From Synechococcus sp. (GTDB lineage Bacteria; Cyanobacteriota; Cyanobacteriia; PCC-6307; Cyanobiaceae): DNA of 64,000 bases. Of the stretch, positions 32,046-44,000 are shown one piece after another; the stretch's first letter is position 1, and every line of letters begins with the position of its first letter. The DNA is taken from positions 96,136 through 160,135 of the forward strand of contig JBJBDC010000001.1 in NCBI GenBank assembly GCA_047285535.1, given 5' to 3'. The position numbers and the translations under genes are program-made. The notes under the pieces are model-generated. The model made no database searches. It was not told the DNA's origin and saw only the letters and a list, made by a program, of their open reading frames with translations.

Positions 32046-35000
32046 TTAAGTATTTAATAGACTTAAATCCTGATCTTGCGTACTGTTGTCAGGTAATGGT
32101 GCTGCAGTTTGACTTGTGTCGCTGAGATCAGGTGGAGCCATGACATCATCATCGGTTTGCTGAGGTGATGCAAATGCATCCTCCATGGAAGTGACTGGTA
32201 CGTCGCTGGGATCTTGAGGGAGTGGTGTTAGCGCAGCATCGCCGCTGAGACTGCTTTCATCTGCAGAATTGGTTGATGTGTCTTGTCCATTCAGGGCGGC
32301 TATCGCATCGGCATCGAGTTGTTGCAGATCACTGATGGCATCAGCCAGGCTGTGCCCATCGATTGCGGGAGGGCTTTGAGTTGCATCGCTAAGGACAGAA
32401 TCAAGCTGCCCAGGTTTTGATTCCGAAGCGGAGCTGGACGTTTGAGCCTGGATGGTTGCCTGGAGATCTTTCTGGGTGTCGGCATCCAGCCCGGAGACAT
32501 CAAGTTGCAGAGATGGCGCATTACCGTTTTGTGGATCGGTAATCGTTTCCAGAATGTCGCCTTGATCGGTGTGGATGGTTCGCGTGATCAGTTGCGAACC
32601 GTCATCTTGAGTGCTCTGACTAAGATCAACATCATCATGGTCTGTTTTCAGTCCAAGAGAGATCAAGGCAGCCAATGTGGCTTCTGTATCGCTATCTGCT
32701 TGGGCCGATGCCAAGGCATCATTAGCAATGACTGAAATGTCTGCTGTGAATCCATTTTGATCAGGTTCATCATGTTGCGTTTGGCTGGGTGTGACATTCG
32801 TATTGAATTTTGGAAGAGTGAAGTTGACAGATTTGGTGTCACCATCGGCGTCCTTGATGCTCAATGTTAGGTCTAAATTGCGGCCAATTGAAACTCCTGG
32901 ATCGGCCTTGAAATCAATGGTTCCATTGTGACTGCCTGAGCTCAAAACAGTATTCCCTGTGTTTATGGTAAAGGTGCCAAGGCCATTTATTTTGATTTCA
33001 AATTCACCATTTCCCAGATCCTTAACGTTGCTCGTATTTTGATTGCCGCCAAAAGTGGCCGCGAATGCTTGAACAGGTGAATGCCCGCCTGTGCCTAGAA
33101 GAGTGCTTTTTTGCTCAAGAGTAAACTCAACTACTCCGTTATTCTGTAAGCTGGTTGCTGCAAGATCATCGTCACTGCCAGGGTCAAAATTAAAATCAAG
33201 GTGTACGTCTACATTTTGAAAACTTTGTTGAACAGCGTGTTGAATTTGCTGAGAAAGACTGCCATCTAAAGTGTCGTGCGAATTTACTTGTTCAAATGAG
33301 CTGCCATCTGGAAGACTGCCTTTGAAGAGGGACTGTAGTTGACTTCCAATTGAATTGTTGGTCCTATCTACGATGCCAACACCTATGACGTTCGGAGTTT
33401 CGTGGCCGACTTGTTGGTCTAGCGTTTTTAGTGCCTGGTCGAGGTTATGCGATAATTGGGCACCTTGGCTGTTAAAACCGCTTGACATTATTGGTGTGAT
33501 TTCATTATTTGGCCCTGAGCTTTTATTATTTTCTATGCTGGTAATAGTAATCCCGCTCGCTTCATTTGGCGTAAATACTAAGGGGTTGGCTTCTATGGGA
33601 TTGGGATGATGATGATGGGGGTGATTGATATTCGGATCAATCACCTTGGGGAACCCGAGCCAGCCAATAATGTCACCATTGTTATCTCGTACTGCATGAC
33701 TATTGGAATAACCGTGCCCCCTGGTCCCTAGGGGATTGTTGTGGTCATTAATCATTCCATCTATTTGGGCACGCGTAAGCTTCTGTTCATGCTGAATGCC
33801 CGCACTATCTGTATACGTAATTTTAAGTTCACTAGTGGCTTTGTTTCTTGAATTCCAGCCGCTTATGTTATTTAATCCGTATTGATGTTGCCCTTCGTTG
33901 TAAGTTGTAAGTACGTAGCTGTTGCTAGAGATCATGTCTTGACCTTTGGATGTCTCTCCATCTGTCATTATTACCATATTCGTGTCGGTTTTGATTTCAG
34001 CTCCAGATGGTGTGTGGTGTTGATCGGAAATATTGCTTTGCTGCCAGCTTGTTGTTATGTTTTGTGCGGCTTTCCATGCCTCTGTGTGATTTGTGCCGGA
34101 TATTTTTACGTTGTGTAAGAGATTATTTATGCTTGCTAGGATGTGAGGCCTTCCGTAATTTGTGTCGTCTATGGTTACGGATTGTGTTTGTGCGCTGGCT
34201 CCAAAGATGGCTGCGCCAAGATGTACGTTTCCTGGTGTGTGTCCTGCTAAAGGTTCTAGCTTCCAATCGTTTAAGTCTGTGAGGCCATTTTGAGACGTAG
34301 TAACTTTGTATCCTGCATTCTCGAACGCCTGTTTGATGAGATGTGCGGAGGCTAATAACTGCTGATGGATTTTCGAATGAGTATTTGCGTTATCAGGGTC
34401 TTGATGGCCATTGCTCCAGCCCATTGAACCGCTGTAATCGAGCACAAGCCCAATATTCTGATGAGCATCAAAGATTGTTGTTGTAGTAATCGTTGTTGTG
34501 CCTGTTGATGGAGGGGTTGAAGTTTGAGGGTGCTGTGTGGTGCTGACGCTTGCATTCCCCATTGAGATGCTGGGCCCTGAATCTTGAAAGGCAAAGATGC
34601 CTGAGGAAGCATCAATGGATGTGGAAGCGGAATCACCATCTTGATCGGTGATGGAGGCTGTAATTTTTAAGGTATTTGGTAAAGCTGTAAGGAGAGTTTG
34701 TTCGTTATTGCTGCTGGTGTTGTCTTGCCAGATGGGCTTGATTTGATCAAGAACGAGATTGTTTTTTCCATCAATAGTGATGGTGAAGAGATCCTCAGAC
34801 CCATCGGACTTTCCGCCTGATGGATAGCCGTGAATCACGCCATTTGAATCTCTGTGGAGAAGGATTTCAGGCCCTTGAATGGGACCACCGCTTGGATTCA
34901 GTGCGTGTAGACCGGAGTTTGCGTCTTGTGCGGAGAGATCGAGTGAATAGGCGATGGACTGTGTGCCATCGGCGCCAGGTGTGAAAGCAGAAGAGAAGAG

Positions 35001-38000
35001 AGAGGAGAGGGAAGTGGCGGCATTAACGTTGAGAGTGTCGTCATCGGTGACGAGAGGAGAGAGTGTGCCGACTTTGGAGGGATCAACGGATGGCCCTGAA
35101 TCTTGAAAGGCAAAGATGCCTGAGGAAGCATCAATGGATGTGGAAGCGGAATCACCATCTTGATCGGTGATGGAGGCTGTAATTTTTAAGGTATTTGGTA
35201 AAGCTGTAAGGAGAGTTTGTTCGTTATTGCTGCTGGTGTTGTCTTGCCAGATGGGCTTGATTTGATCAAGAACGAGATTGTTTTTTCCATCAATAGTGAT
35301 GGTGAAGAGATCCTCAGACCCATCGGACTTTCCGCCTGATGGATAGCCGTGAATCACGCCATTTGAATCTCTGTGGAGAAGGATTTCAGGCCCTTGAATG
35401 GGACCACCGCTTGGATTCAGTGCGTGTAGACCGGAGTTTGCGTCTTGTGCGGAGAGATCGAGTGAATAGGCGATGGACTGTGTGCCATCGGCGCCAGGTG
35501 TGAAAGCAGAAGAGAAGAGAGAGGAGAGGGAAGTGGCGGCATTAACGTTGAGAGTGTCGTCATCGGTGACGAGAGGAGAGAGTGTGCCGACTTTGGAGGG
35601 ATCAACGGATGGCCCTGAATCTTGAAAGGCAAAGATGCCTGAGGAAGCATCAATGGATGTGGAAGCGGAATCACCATCTTGATCGGTGATGGAGGCTGTA
35701 ATTTTTAAGGTATTTGGTAAAGCTGTAAGGAGAGTTTGTTCGTTATTGCTGCTGGTGTTGTCTTGCCAGATGGGCTTGATTTGATCAAGAACGAGATTGT
35801 TTTTTCCATCAATAGTGATGGTGAAGAGATCCTCAGACCCATCGGACTTTCCGCCTGATGGATAGCCGTGAATCACGCCATTTGAATCTCTGTGGAGAAG
35901 GATTTCAGGCCCTTGAATGGGACCACCGCTTGGATTCAGTGCGTGTAGACCGGAGTTTGCGTCTTGTGCGGAGAGATCGAGTGAATAGGCGATGGACTGT
36001 GTGCCATCGGCGCCAGGTGTGAAAGCAGAAGAGAAGAGAGAGGAGAGGGAAGTGGCGGCATTAACGTTGAGAGTGTCGTCATCGGTGACGAGAGGAGAGA
36101 GTGTGCCGACTTTGGAGGGATCAACGGATGGCCCTGAATCTTGAAAGGCAAAGATGCCTGAGGAAGCATCAATGGATGTGGAAGCGGAATCACCATCTTG
36201 ATCGGTGATGGAGGCTGTAATTTTTAAGGTATTTGGTAAAGCTGTAAGGAGAGTTTGTTCGTTATTGCTGCTGGTGTTGTCTTGCCAGATGGGCTTGATT
36301 TGATCAAGAACGAGATTGTTTTTTCCATCAATAGTGATGGTGAAGAGATCCTCAGACCCATCGGACTTTCCGCCTGATGGATAGCCGTGAATCACGCCAT
36401 TTGAATCTCTGTGGAGAAGGATTTCAGGCCCTTGAATGGGACCACCGCTTGGATTCAGTGCGTGTAGACCGGAGTTTGCGTCTTGTGCGGAGAGATCGAG
36501 TGAATAGGCGATGGACTGTGTGCCATCGGCGCCAGGTGTGAAAGCAGAAGAGAAGAGAGAGGAGAGGGAAGTGGCGGCATTAACGTTGAGAGTGTCGTCA
36601 TCGGTGACGAGAGGAGAGAGTGTGCCGACTTTGGAGGGATCAACGGATGGCCCTGAATCTTGAAAGGCAAAGATGCCTGAGGAAGCATCAATGGATGTGG
36701 AAGCGGAATCACCATCTTGATCGGTGATGGAGGCTGTAATTTTTAAGGTATTTGGTAAAGCTGTAAGGAGAGTTTGTTCGTTATTGCTGCTGGTGTTGTC
36801 TTGCCAGATGGGCTTGATTTGATCAAGAACGAGATTGTTTTTTCCATCAATAGTGATGGTGAAGAGATCCTCAGACCCATCGGACTTTCCGCCTGATGGA
36901 TAGCCGTGAATCACGCCATTTGAATCTCTGTGGAGAAGGATTTCAGGCCCTTGAATGGGACCACCGCTTGGATTCAGTGCGTGTAGACCGGAGTTTGCGT
37001 CTTGTGCGGAGAGATCGAGTGAATAGGCGATGGACTGTGTGCCATCGGCGCCAGGTGTGAAAGCAGAAGAGAAGAGAGAGGAGAGGGAAGTGGCGGCATT
37101 AACGTTGAGAGTGTCGTCATCGGTGACGAGAGGAGAGAGTGTGCCGACTTTGGAGGGATCAACGGATGGCCCTGAATCTTGAAAGGCAAAGATGCATGAG
37201 GAAGCATCAATGGATGTGGAAGCGGAATCACCATCTTGATCGGTGATGGAGGCTGTAATTTTTAAGGTATTTGGTAAAGCTGTAAGGAGAGTTTGTTCGT
37301 TATTGCTGCTGGTGTTGTCTTGCCAGATGGGCTTGATTTGATCAAGAACGAGATTGTTTTTTCCATCAATAGTGATGGTGAAGAGATCCTCAGACCCATC
37401 GGACTTTCCGCCTGATGGATAGCCGTGAATCACGCCATTTGAATCTCTGTGGAGAAGGATTTCAGGCCCTTGAATGGGACCACCGCTTGGATTCAGTGCG
37501 TGTAGACCGGAGTTTGCGTCTTGTGCGGAGAGATCGAGTGAATAGGCGATGGACTGTGTGCCATCGGCGCCAGGTGTGAAAGCAGAAGAGAAGAGAGAGG
37601 AGAGGGAAGTGGCGGCATTAACGTTGAGAGTGTCGTCATCGGTGACGAGAGGAGAGAGTGTGCCGACTTTGGAGGGATCAACGCTTGGAGCGGTGTCATT
37701 GATGAGGAAAGCGCCAGAGATATCGAGGCTGTTGCTAGCGGAGGCGTGATCGCCATCGGCATCGGTGATGGTGTCAGTGCGTGTGATGCTGAGGACGTTG
37801 TTGTTGAAGGAGAGTTGATCGCCTGTGCCTGATTTGCTGGGGTCTGAATGTTGTAGATCCTGAGAGGAAGAGAAAGTGGCTTGGCCGGATGTTGGATCGA
37901 GAGTGATTTGAAGAGCGTTGGATCCGTTTGGGTTAGGAGAGTTTGAGTTGCCAACAAGCCCGACGACGTTGTCTCCGGATTGGAAGAGGAAGATGTGATT

Positions 38001-41000
38001 GCCGTTGTGATCCTGGAGTCCAGAATCAACGCCATTGTGATTTAAAGAGAAAGAGAATGCGGTTGTGAGGGAGGCATTTTGATCGACGGCATTGGAGTTT
38101 CCAGTGGAGAAATTGGAGGAGAAGTTATGGGAAGCAGCGCCATTGATGCCGCCTTGTTCAGTGACAACAAAGTCAGGAATTGTGCCTGTGGTGGCAGGTG
38201 GAGTAATGGATGGAGCGGTGTCATTGATGAGGAAAGCGCCAGAGATATCGAGGCTGTTGCTAGCGGAGGCGTGATCGCCATCGGCATCGGTGATGGTGTC
38301 AGTGCGTGTGATGCTGAGGACGTTGTTGTTGAAGGAGAGTTGATCGCCTGTGCCTGATTTGCTGGGGTCTGAATGTTGTAGATCCTGAGAGGAAGAGAAA
38401 GTGGCTTGGCCGGATGTTGGATCGAGAGTGATTTGAAGAGCGTTGGATCCGTTTGGGTTAGGAGAGTTTGAGTTGCCAACAAGCCCGACGACGTTGTCTC
38501 CGGATTGGAAGAGGAAGATGTGATTGCCGTTGTGATCCTGGAGTCCAGAATCAACGCCATTGTGATTTAAAGAGAAAGAGAATGCGGTTGTGAGGGAGGC
38601 ATTTTGATCGACGGCATTGGAGTTTCCAGTGGAGAAATTGGAGGAGAAGTTATGGGAAGCAGCGCCATTGATGCCGCCTTGTTCAGTGACAACAAAGTCA
38701 GGAATTGTGCCTGTGGTGGCAGGTGGAGTAATGGATGGAGCGGTGTCATTGATGAGGAAAGCGCCAGAGATATCGAGGCTGTTGCTAGCGGAGGCGTGAT
38801 CGCCATCGGCATCGGTGATGGTGTCAGTGCGTGTGATGCTGAGGACGTTGTTGTTGAAGGAGAGTTGATCGCCTGTGCCTGATTTGCTGGGGTCTGAATG
38901 TTGTAGATCCTGAGAGGAAGAGAAAGTGGCTTGGCCGGATGTTGGATCGAGAGTGATTTGAAGAGCGTTGGATCCGTTTGGGTTAGGAGAGTTTGAGTTG
39001 CCAACAAGCCCGACGACGTTGTCTCCGGATTGGAAGAGGAAGATGTGATTGCCGTTGTGATCCTGGAGTCCAGAATCAACGCCATTGTGATTTAAAGAGA
39101 AAGAGAATGCGGTTGTGAGGGAGGCATTTTGATCGACGGCATTGGAGTTTCCAGTGGAGAAATTGGAGGAGAAGTTATGGGAAGCAGCGCCATTGATGCC
39201 GCCTTGTTCAGTGACAACAAAGTCAGGAATTGTGCCTGTGGTGGCAGGTGGAGTAATGGATGGAGCGGTGTCATTGATGAGGAAAGCGCCAGAGATATCG
39301 AGGCTGTTGCTAGCGGAGGCGTGATCGCCATCGGCATCGGTGATGGTGTCAGTGCGTGTGATGCTGAGGACGTTGTTGTTGAAGGAGAGTTGATCGCCTG
39401 TGCCTGATTTGCTGGGGTCTGAATGTTGTAGATCCTGAGAGGAAGAGAAAGTGGCTTGGCCGGATGTTGGATCGAGAGTGATTTGAAGAGCGTTGGATCC
39501 GTTTGGGTTAGGAGAGTTTGAGTTGCCAACAAGCCCGACGACGTTGTCTCCGGATTGGAAGAGGAAGATGTGATTGCCGTTGTGATCCTGGAGTCCAGAA
39601 TCAACGCCATTGTGATTTAAAGAGAAAGAGAATGCGGTTGTGAGGGAGGCATTTTGATCGACGGCATTGGAGTTTCCAGTGGAGAAATTGGAGGAGAAGT
39701 TATGGGAAGCAGCGCCATTGATGCCGCCTTGTTCAGTGACAACAAAGTCAGGAATTGTGCCTGTGGTGGCAGGTGGAGTAATGGATGGAGCGGTGTCATT
39801 GATGAGGAAAGCGCCAGAGATATCGAGGCTGTTGCTAGCGGAGGCGTGATCGCCATCGGCATCGGTGATGGTGTCAGTGCGTGTGATGCTGAGGACGTTG
39901 TTGTTGAAGGAGAGTTGATCGCCTGTGCCTGATTTGCTGGGGTCTGAATGTTGTAGATCCTGAGAGGAAGAGAAAGTGGCTTGGCCGGATGTTGGATCGA
40001 GAGTGATTTGAAGAGCGTTGGATCCGTTTGGGTTAGGAGAGTTTGAGTTGCCAACAAGCCCGACGACGTTGTCTCCGGATTGGAAGAGGAAGATGTGATT
40101 GCCGTTGTGATCCTGGAGTCCAGAATCAACGCCATTGTGATTTAAAGAGAAAGAGAATGCGGTTGTGAGGGAGGCATTTTGATCGACGGCATTGGAGTTT
40201 CCAGTGGAGAAATTGGAGGAGAAGTTATGGGAAGCAGCGCCATTGATGCCGCCTTGTTCAGTGACAACAAAGTCAGGAATTGTGCCTGTGGTGGCAGGTG
40301 GAGTAATGGATGGAGCGGTGTCATTGATGAGGAAAGCGCCAGAGATATCGAGGCTGTTGCTAGCGGAGGCGTGATCGCCATCGGCATCGGTGATGGTGTC
40401 AGTGCGTGTGATGCTGAGGACGTTGTTGTTGAAGGAGAGTTGATCGCCTGTGCCTGATTTGCTGGGGTCTGAATGTTGTAGATCCTGAGAGGAAGAGAAA
40501 GTGGCTTGGCCGGATGTTGGATCGAGAGTGATTTGAAGAGCGTTGGATCCGTTTGGGTTAGGAGAGTTTGAGTTGCCAACAAGCCCGACGACGTTGTCTC
40601 CGGATTGGAAGAGGAAGATGTGATTGCCGTTGTGATCCTGGAGTCCAGAATCAACGCCATTGTGATTTAAAGAGAAAGAGAATGCGGTTGTGAGGGAGGC
40701 ATTTTGATCGACGGCATTGGAGTTTCCAGTGGAGAAATTGGAGGAGAAGTTATGGGAAGCAGCGCCATTGATGCCGCCTTGTTCAGTGACAACAAAGTCA
40801 GGAATTGTGCCTGTGGTGGCAGGTGGAGTAATGGATGGAGCGGTGTCATTGATGAGGAAAGCGCCAGAGATATCGAGGCTGTTGCTAGCGGAGGCGTGAT
40901 CGCCATCGGCATCGGTGATGGTGTCAGTGCGTGTGATGCTGAGGACGTTGTTGTTGAAGGAGAGTTGATCGCCTGTGCCTGATTTGCTGGGGTCTGAATG

Positions 41001-44000
41001 TTGTAGATCCTGAGAGGAAGAGAAAGTGGCTTGGCCGGATGTTGGATCGAGAGTGATTTGAAGAGCGTTGGATCCGTTTGGGTTAGGAGAGTTTGAGTTG
41101 CCAACAAGCCCGACGACGTTGTCTCCGGATTGGAAGAGGAAGATGTGATTGCCGTTGTGATCCTGGAGTCCAGAATCAACGCCATTGTGATTTAAAGAGA
41201 AAGAGAATGCGGTTGTGAGGGAGGCATTTTGATCGACGGCATTGGAGTTTCCAGTGGAGAAATTGGAGGAGAAGTTATGGGAAGCAGCGCCATTGATGCC
41301 GCCTTGTTCAGTGACAACAAAGTCAGGAATTGTGCCTGTGGTGGCAGGTGGAGTAATGGATGGAGCGGTGTCATTGATGAGGAAAGCGCCAGAGATATCG
41401 AGGCTGTTGCTAGCGGAGGCGTGATCGCCATCGGCATCGGTGATGGTGTCAGTGCGTGTGATGCTGAGGACGTTGTTGTTGAAGGAGAGTTGATCGCCTG
41501 TGCCTGATTTGCTGGGGTCTGAATGTTGTAGATCCTGAGAGGAAGAGAAAGTGGCTTGGCCGGATGTTGGATCGAGAGTGATTTGAAGAGCGTTGGATCC
41601 GTTTGGGTTAGGAGAGTTTGAGTTGCCAACAAGCCCGACGACGTTGTCTCCGGATTGGAAGAGGAAGATGTGATTGCCGTTGTGATCCTGGAGTCCAGAA
41701 TCAACGCCATTGTGATTTAAAGAGAAAGAGAATGCGGTTGTGAGGGAGGCATTTTGATCGACGGCATTGGAGTTTCCAGTGGAGAAATTGGAGGAGAAGT
41801 TATGGGAAGCAGCGCCATTGATGCCGCCTTGTTCAGTGACAACAAAGTCAGGAATTGTGCCTGTGGTGGCAGGTGGAGTAATGGATGGAGCGGTGTCATT
41901 GATGAGGAAAGCGCCAGAGATATCGAGGCTGTTGCTAGCGGAGGCGTGATCGCCATCGGCATCGGTGATGGTGTCAGTGCGTGTGATGCTGAGGACGTTG
42001 TTGTTGAAGGAGAGTTGATCGCCTGTGCCTGATTTGCTGGGGTCTGAATGTTGTAGATCCTGAGAGGAAGAGAAAGTGGCTTGGCCGGATGTTGGATCGA
42101 GAGTGATTTGAAGAGCGTTGGATCCGTTTGGGTTAGGAGAGTTTGAGTTGCCAACAAGCCCGACGACGTTGTCTCCGGATTGGAAGAGGAAGATGTGATT
42201 GCCGTTGTGATCCTGGAGTCCAGAATCAACGCCATTGTGATTTAAAGAGAAAGAGAATGCGGTTGTGAGGGAGGCATTTTGATCGACGGCATTGGAGTTT
42301 CCAGTGGAGAAATTGGAGGAGAAGTTATGGGAAGCAGCGCCATTGATGCCGCCTTGTTCAGTGACAACAAAGTCAGGAATTGTGCCTGTGGTGGCAGGTG
42401 GAGTAATGGATGGAGCGGTGTCATTGATGAGGAAAGCGCCAGAGATATCGAGGCTGTTGCTAGCGGAGGCGTGATCGCCATCGGCATCGGTGATGGTGTC
42501 AGTGCGTGTGATGCTGAGGACGTTGTTGTTGAAGGAGAGTTGATCGCCTGTGCCTGATTTGCTGGGGTCTGAATGTTGTAGATCCTGAGAGGAAGAGAAA
42601 GTGGCTTGGCCGGATGTTGGATCGAGAGTGATTTGAAGAGCGTTGGATCCGTTTGGGTTAGGAGAGTTTGAGTTGCCAACAAGCCCGACGACGTTGTCTC
42701 CGGATTGGAAGAGGAAGATGTGATTGCCGTTGTGATCCTGGAGTCCAGAATCAACGCCATTGTGATTTAAAGAGAAAGAGAATGCGGTTGTGAGGGAGGC
42801 ATTTTGATCGACGGCATTGGAGTTTCCAGTGGAGAAATTGGAGGAGAAGTTATGGGAAGCAGCGCCATTGATGCCGCCTTGTTCAGTGACAACAAAGTCA
42901 GGAATTGTGCCTGTGGTGGCAGGTGGAGTAATGGATGGAGCGGTGTCATTGATGAGGAAAGCGCCAGAGATATCGAGGCTGTTGCTAGCGGAGGCGTGAT
43001 CGCCATCGGCATCGGTGATGGTGTCAGTGCGTGTGATGCTGAGGACGTTGTTGTTGAAGGAGAGTTGATCGCCTGTGCCTGATTTGCTGGGGTCTGAATG
43101 TTGTAGATCCTGAGAGGAAGAGAAAGTGGCTTGGCCGGATGTTGGATCGAGAGTGATTTGAAGAGCGTTGGATCCGTTTGGGTTAGGAGAGTTTGAGTTG
43201 CCAACAAGCCCGACGACGTTGTCTCCGGATTGGAAGAGGAAGATGTGATTGCCGTTGTGATCCTGGAGTCCAGAATCAACGCCATTGTGATTTAAAGAGA
43301 AAGAGAATGCGGTTGTGAGGGAGGCATTTTGATCGACGGCATTGGAGTTTCCAGTGGAGAAATTGGAGGAGAAGTTATGGGAAGCAGCGCCATTGATGCC
43401 GCCTTGTTCAGTGACAACAAAGTCAGGAATTGTGCCTGTGGTGGCAGGTGGAGTAATGGATGGAGCGGTGTCATTGATGAGGAAAGCGCCAGAGATATCG
43501 AGGCTGTTGCTAGCGGAGGCGTGATCGCCATCGGCATCGGTGATGGTGTCAGTGCGTGTGATGCTGAGGACGTTGTTGTTGAAGGAGAGTTGATCGCCTG
43601 TGCCTGATTTGCTGGGGTCTGAATGTTGTAGATCCTGAGAGGAAGAGAAAGTGGCTTGGCCGGATGTTGGATCGAGAGTGATTTGAAGAGCGTTGGATCC
43701 GTTTGGGTTAGGAGAGTTTGAGTTGCCAACAAGCCCGACGACGTTGTCTCCGGATTGGAAGAGGAAGATGTGATTGCCGTTGTGATCCTGGAGTCCAGAA
43801 TCAACGCCATTGTGATTTAAAGAGAAAGAGAATGCGGTTGTGAGGGAGGCATTTTGATCGACGGCATTGGAGTTTCCAGTGGAGAAATTGGAGGAGAAGT
43901 TATGGGAAGCAGCGCCATTGATGCCGCCTTGTTCAGTGACAACAAAGTCAGGAATTGTGCCTGTGGTGGCAGGTGGAGTAATGGATGGAGCGGTGTCATT

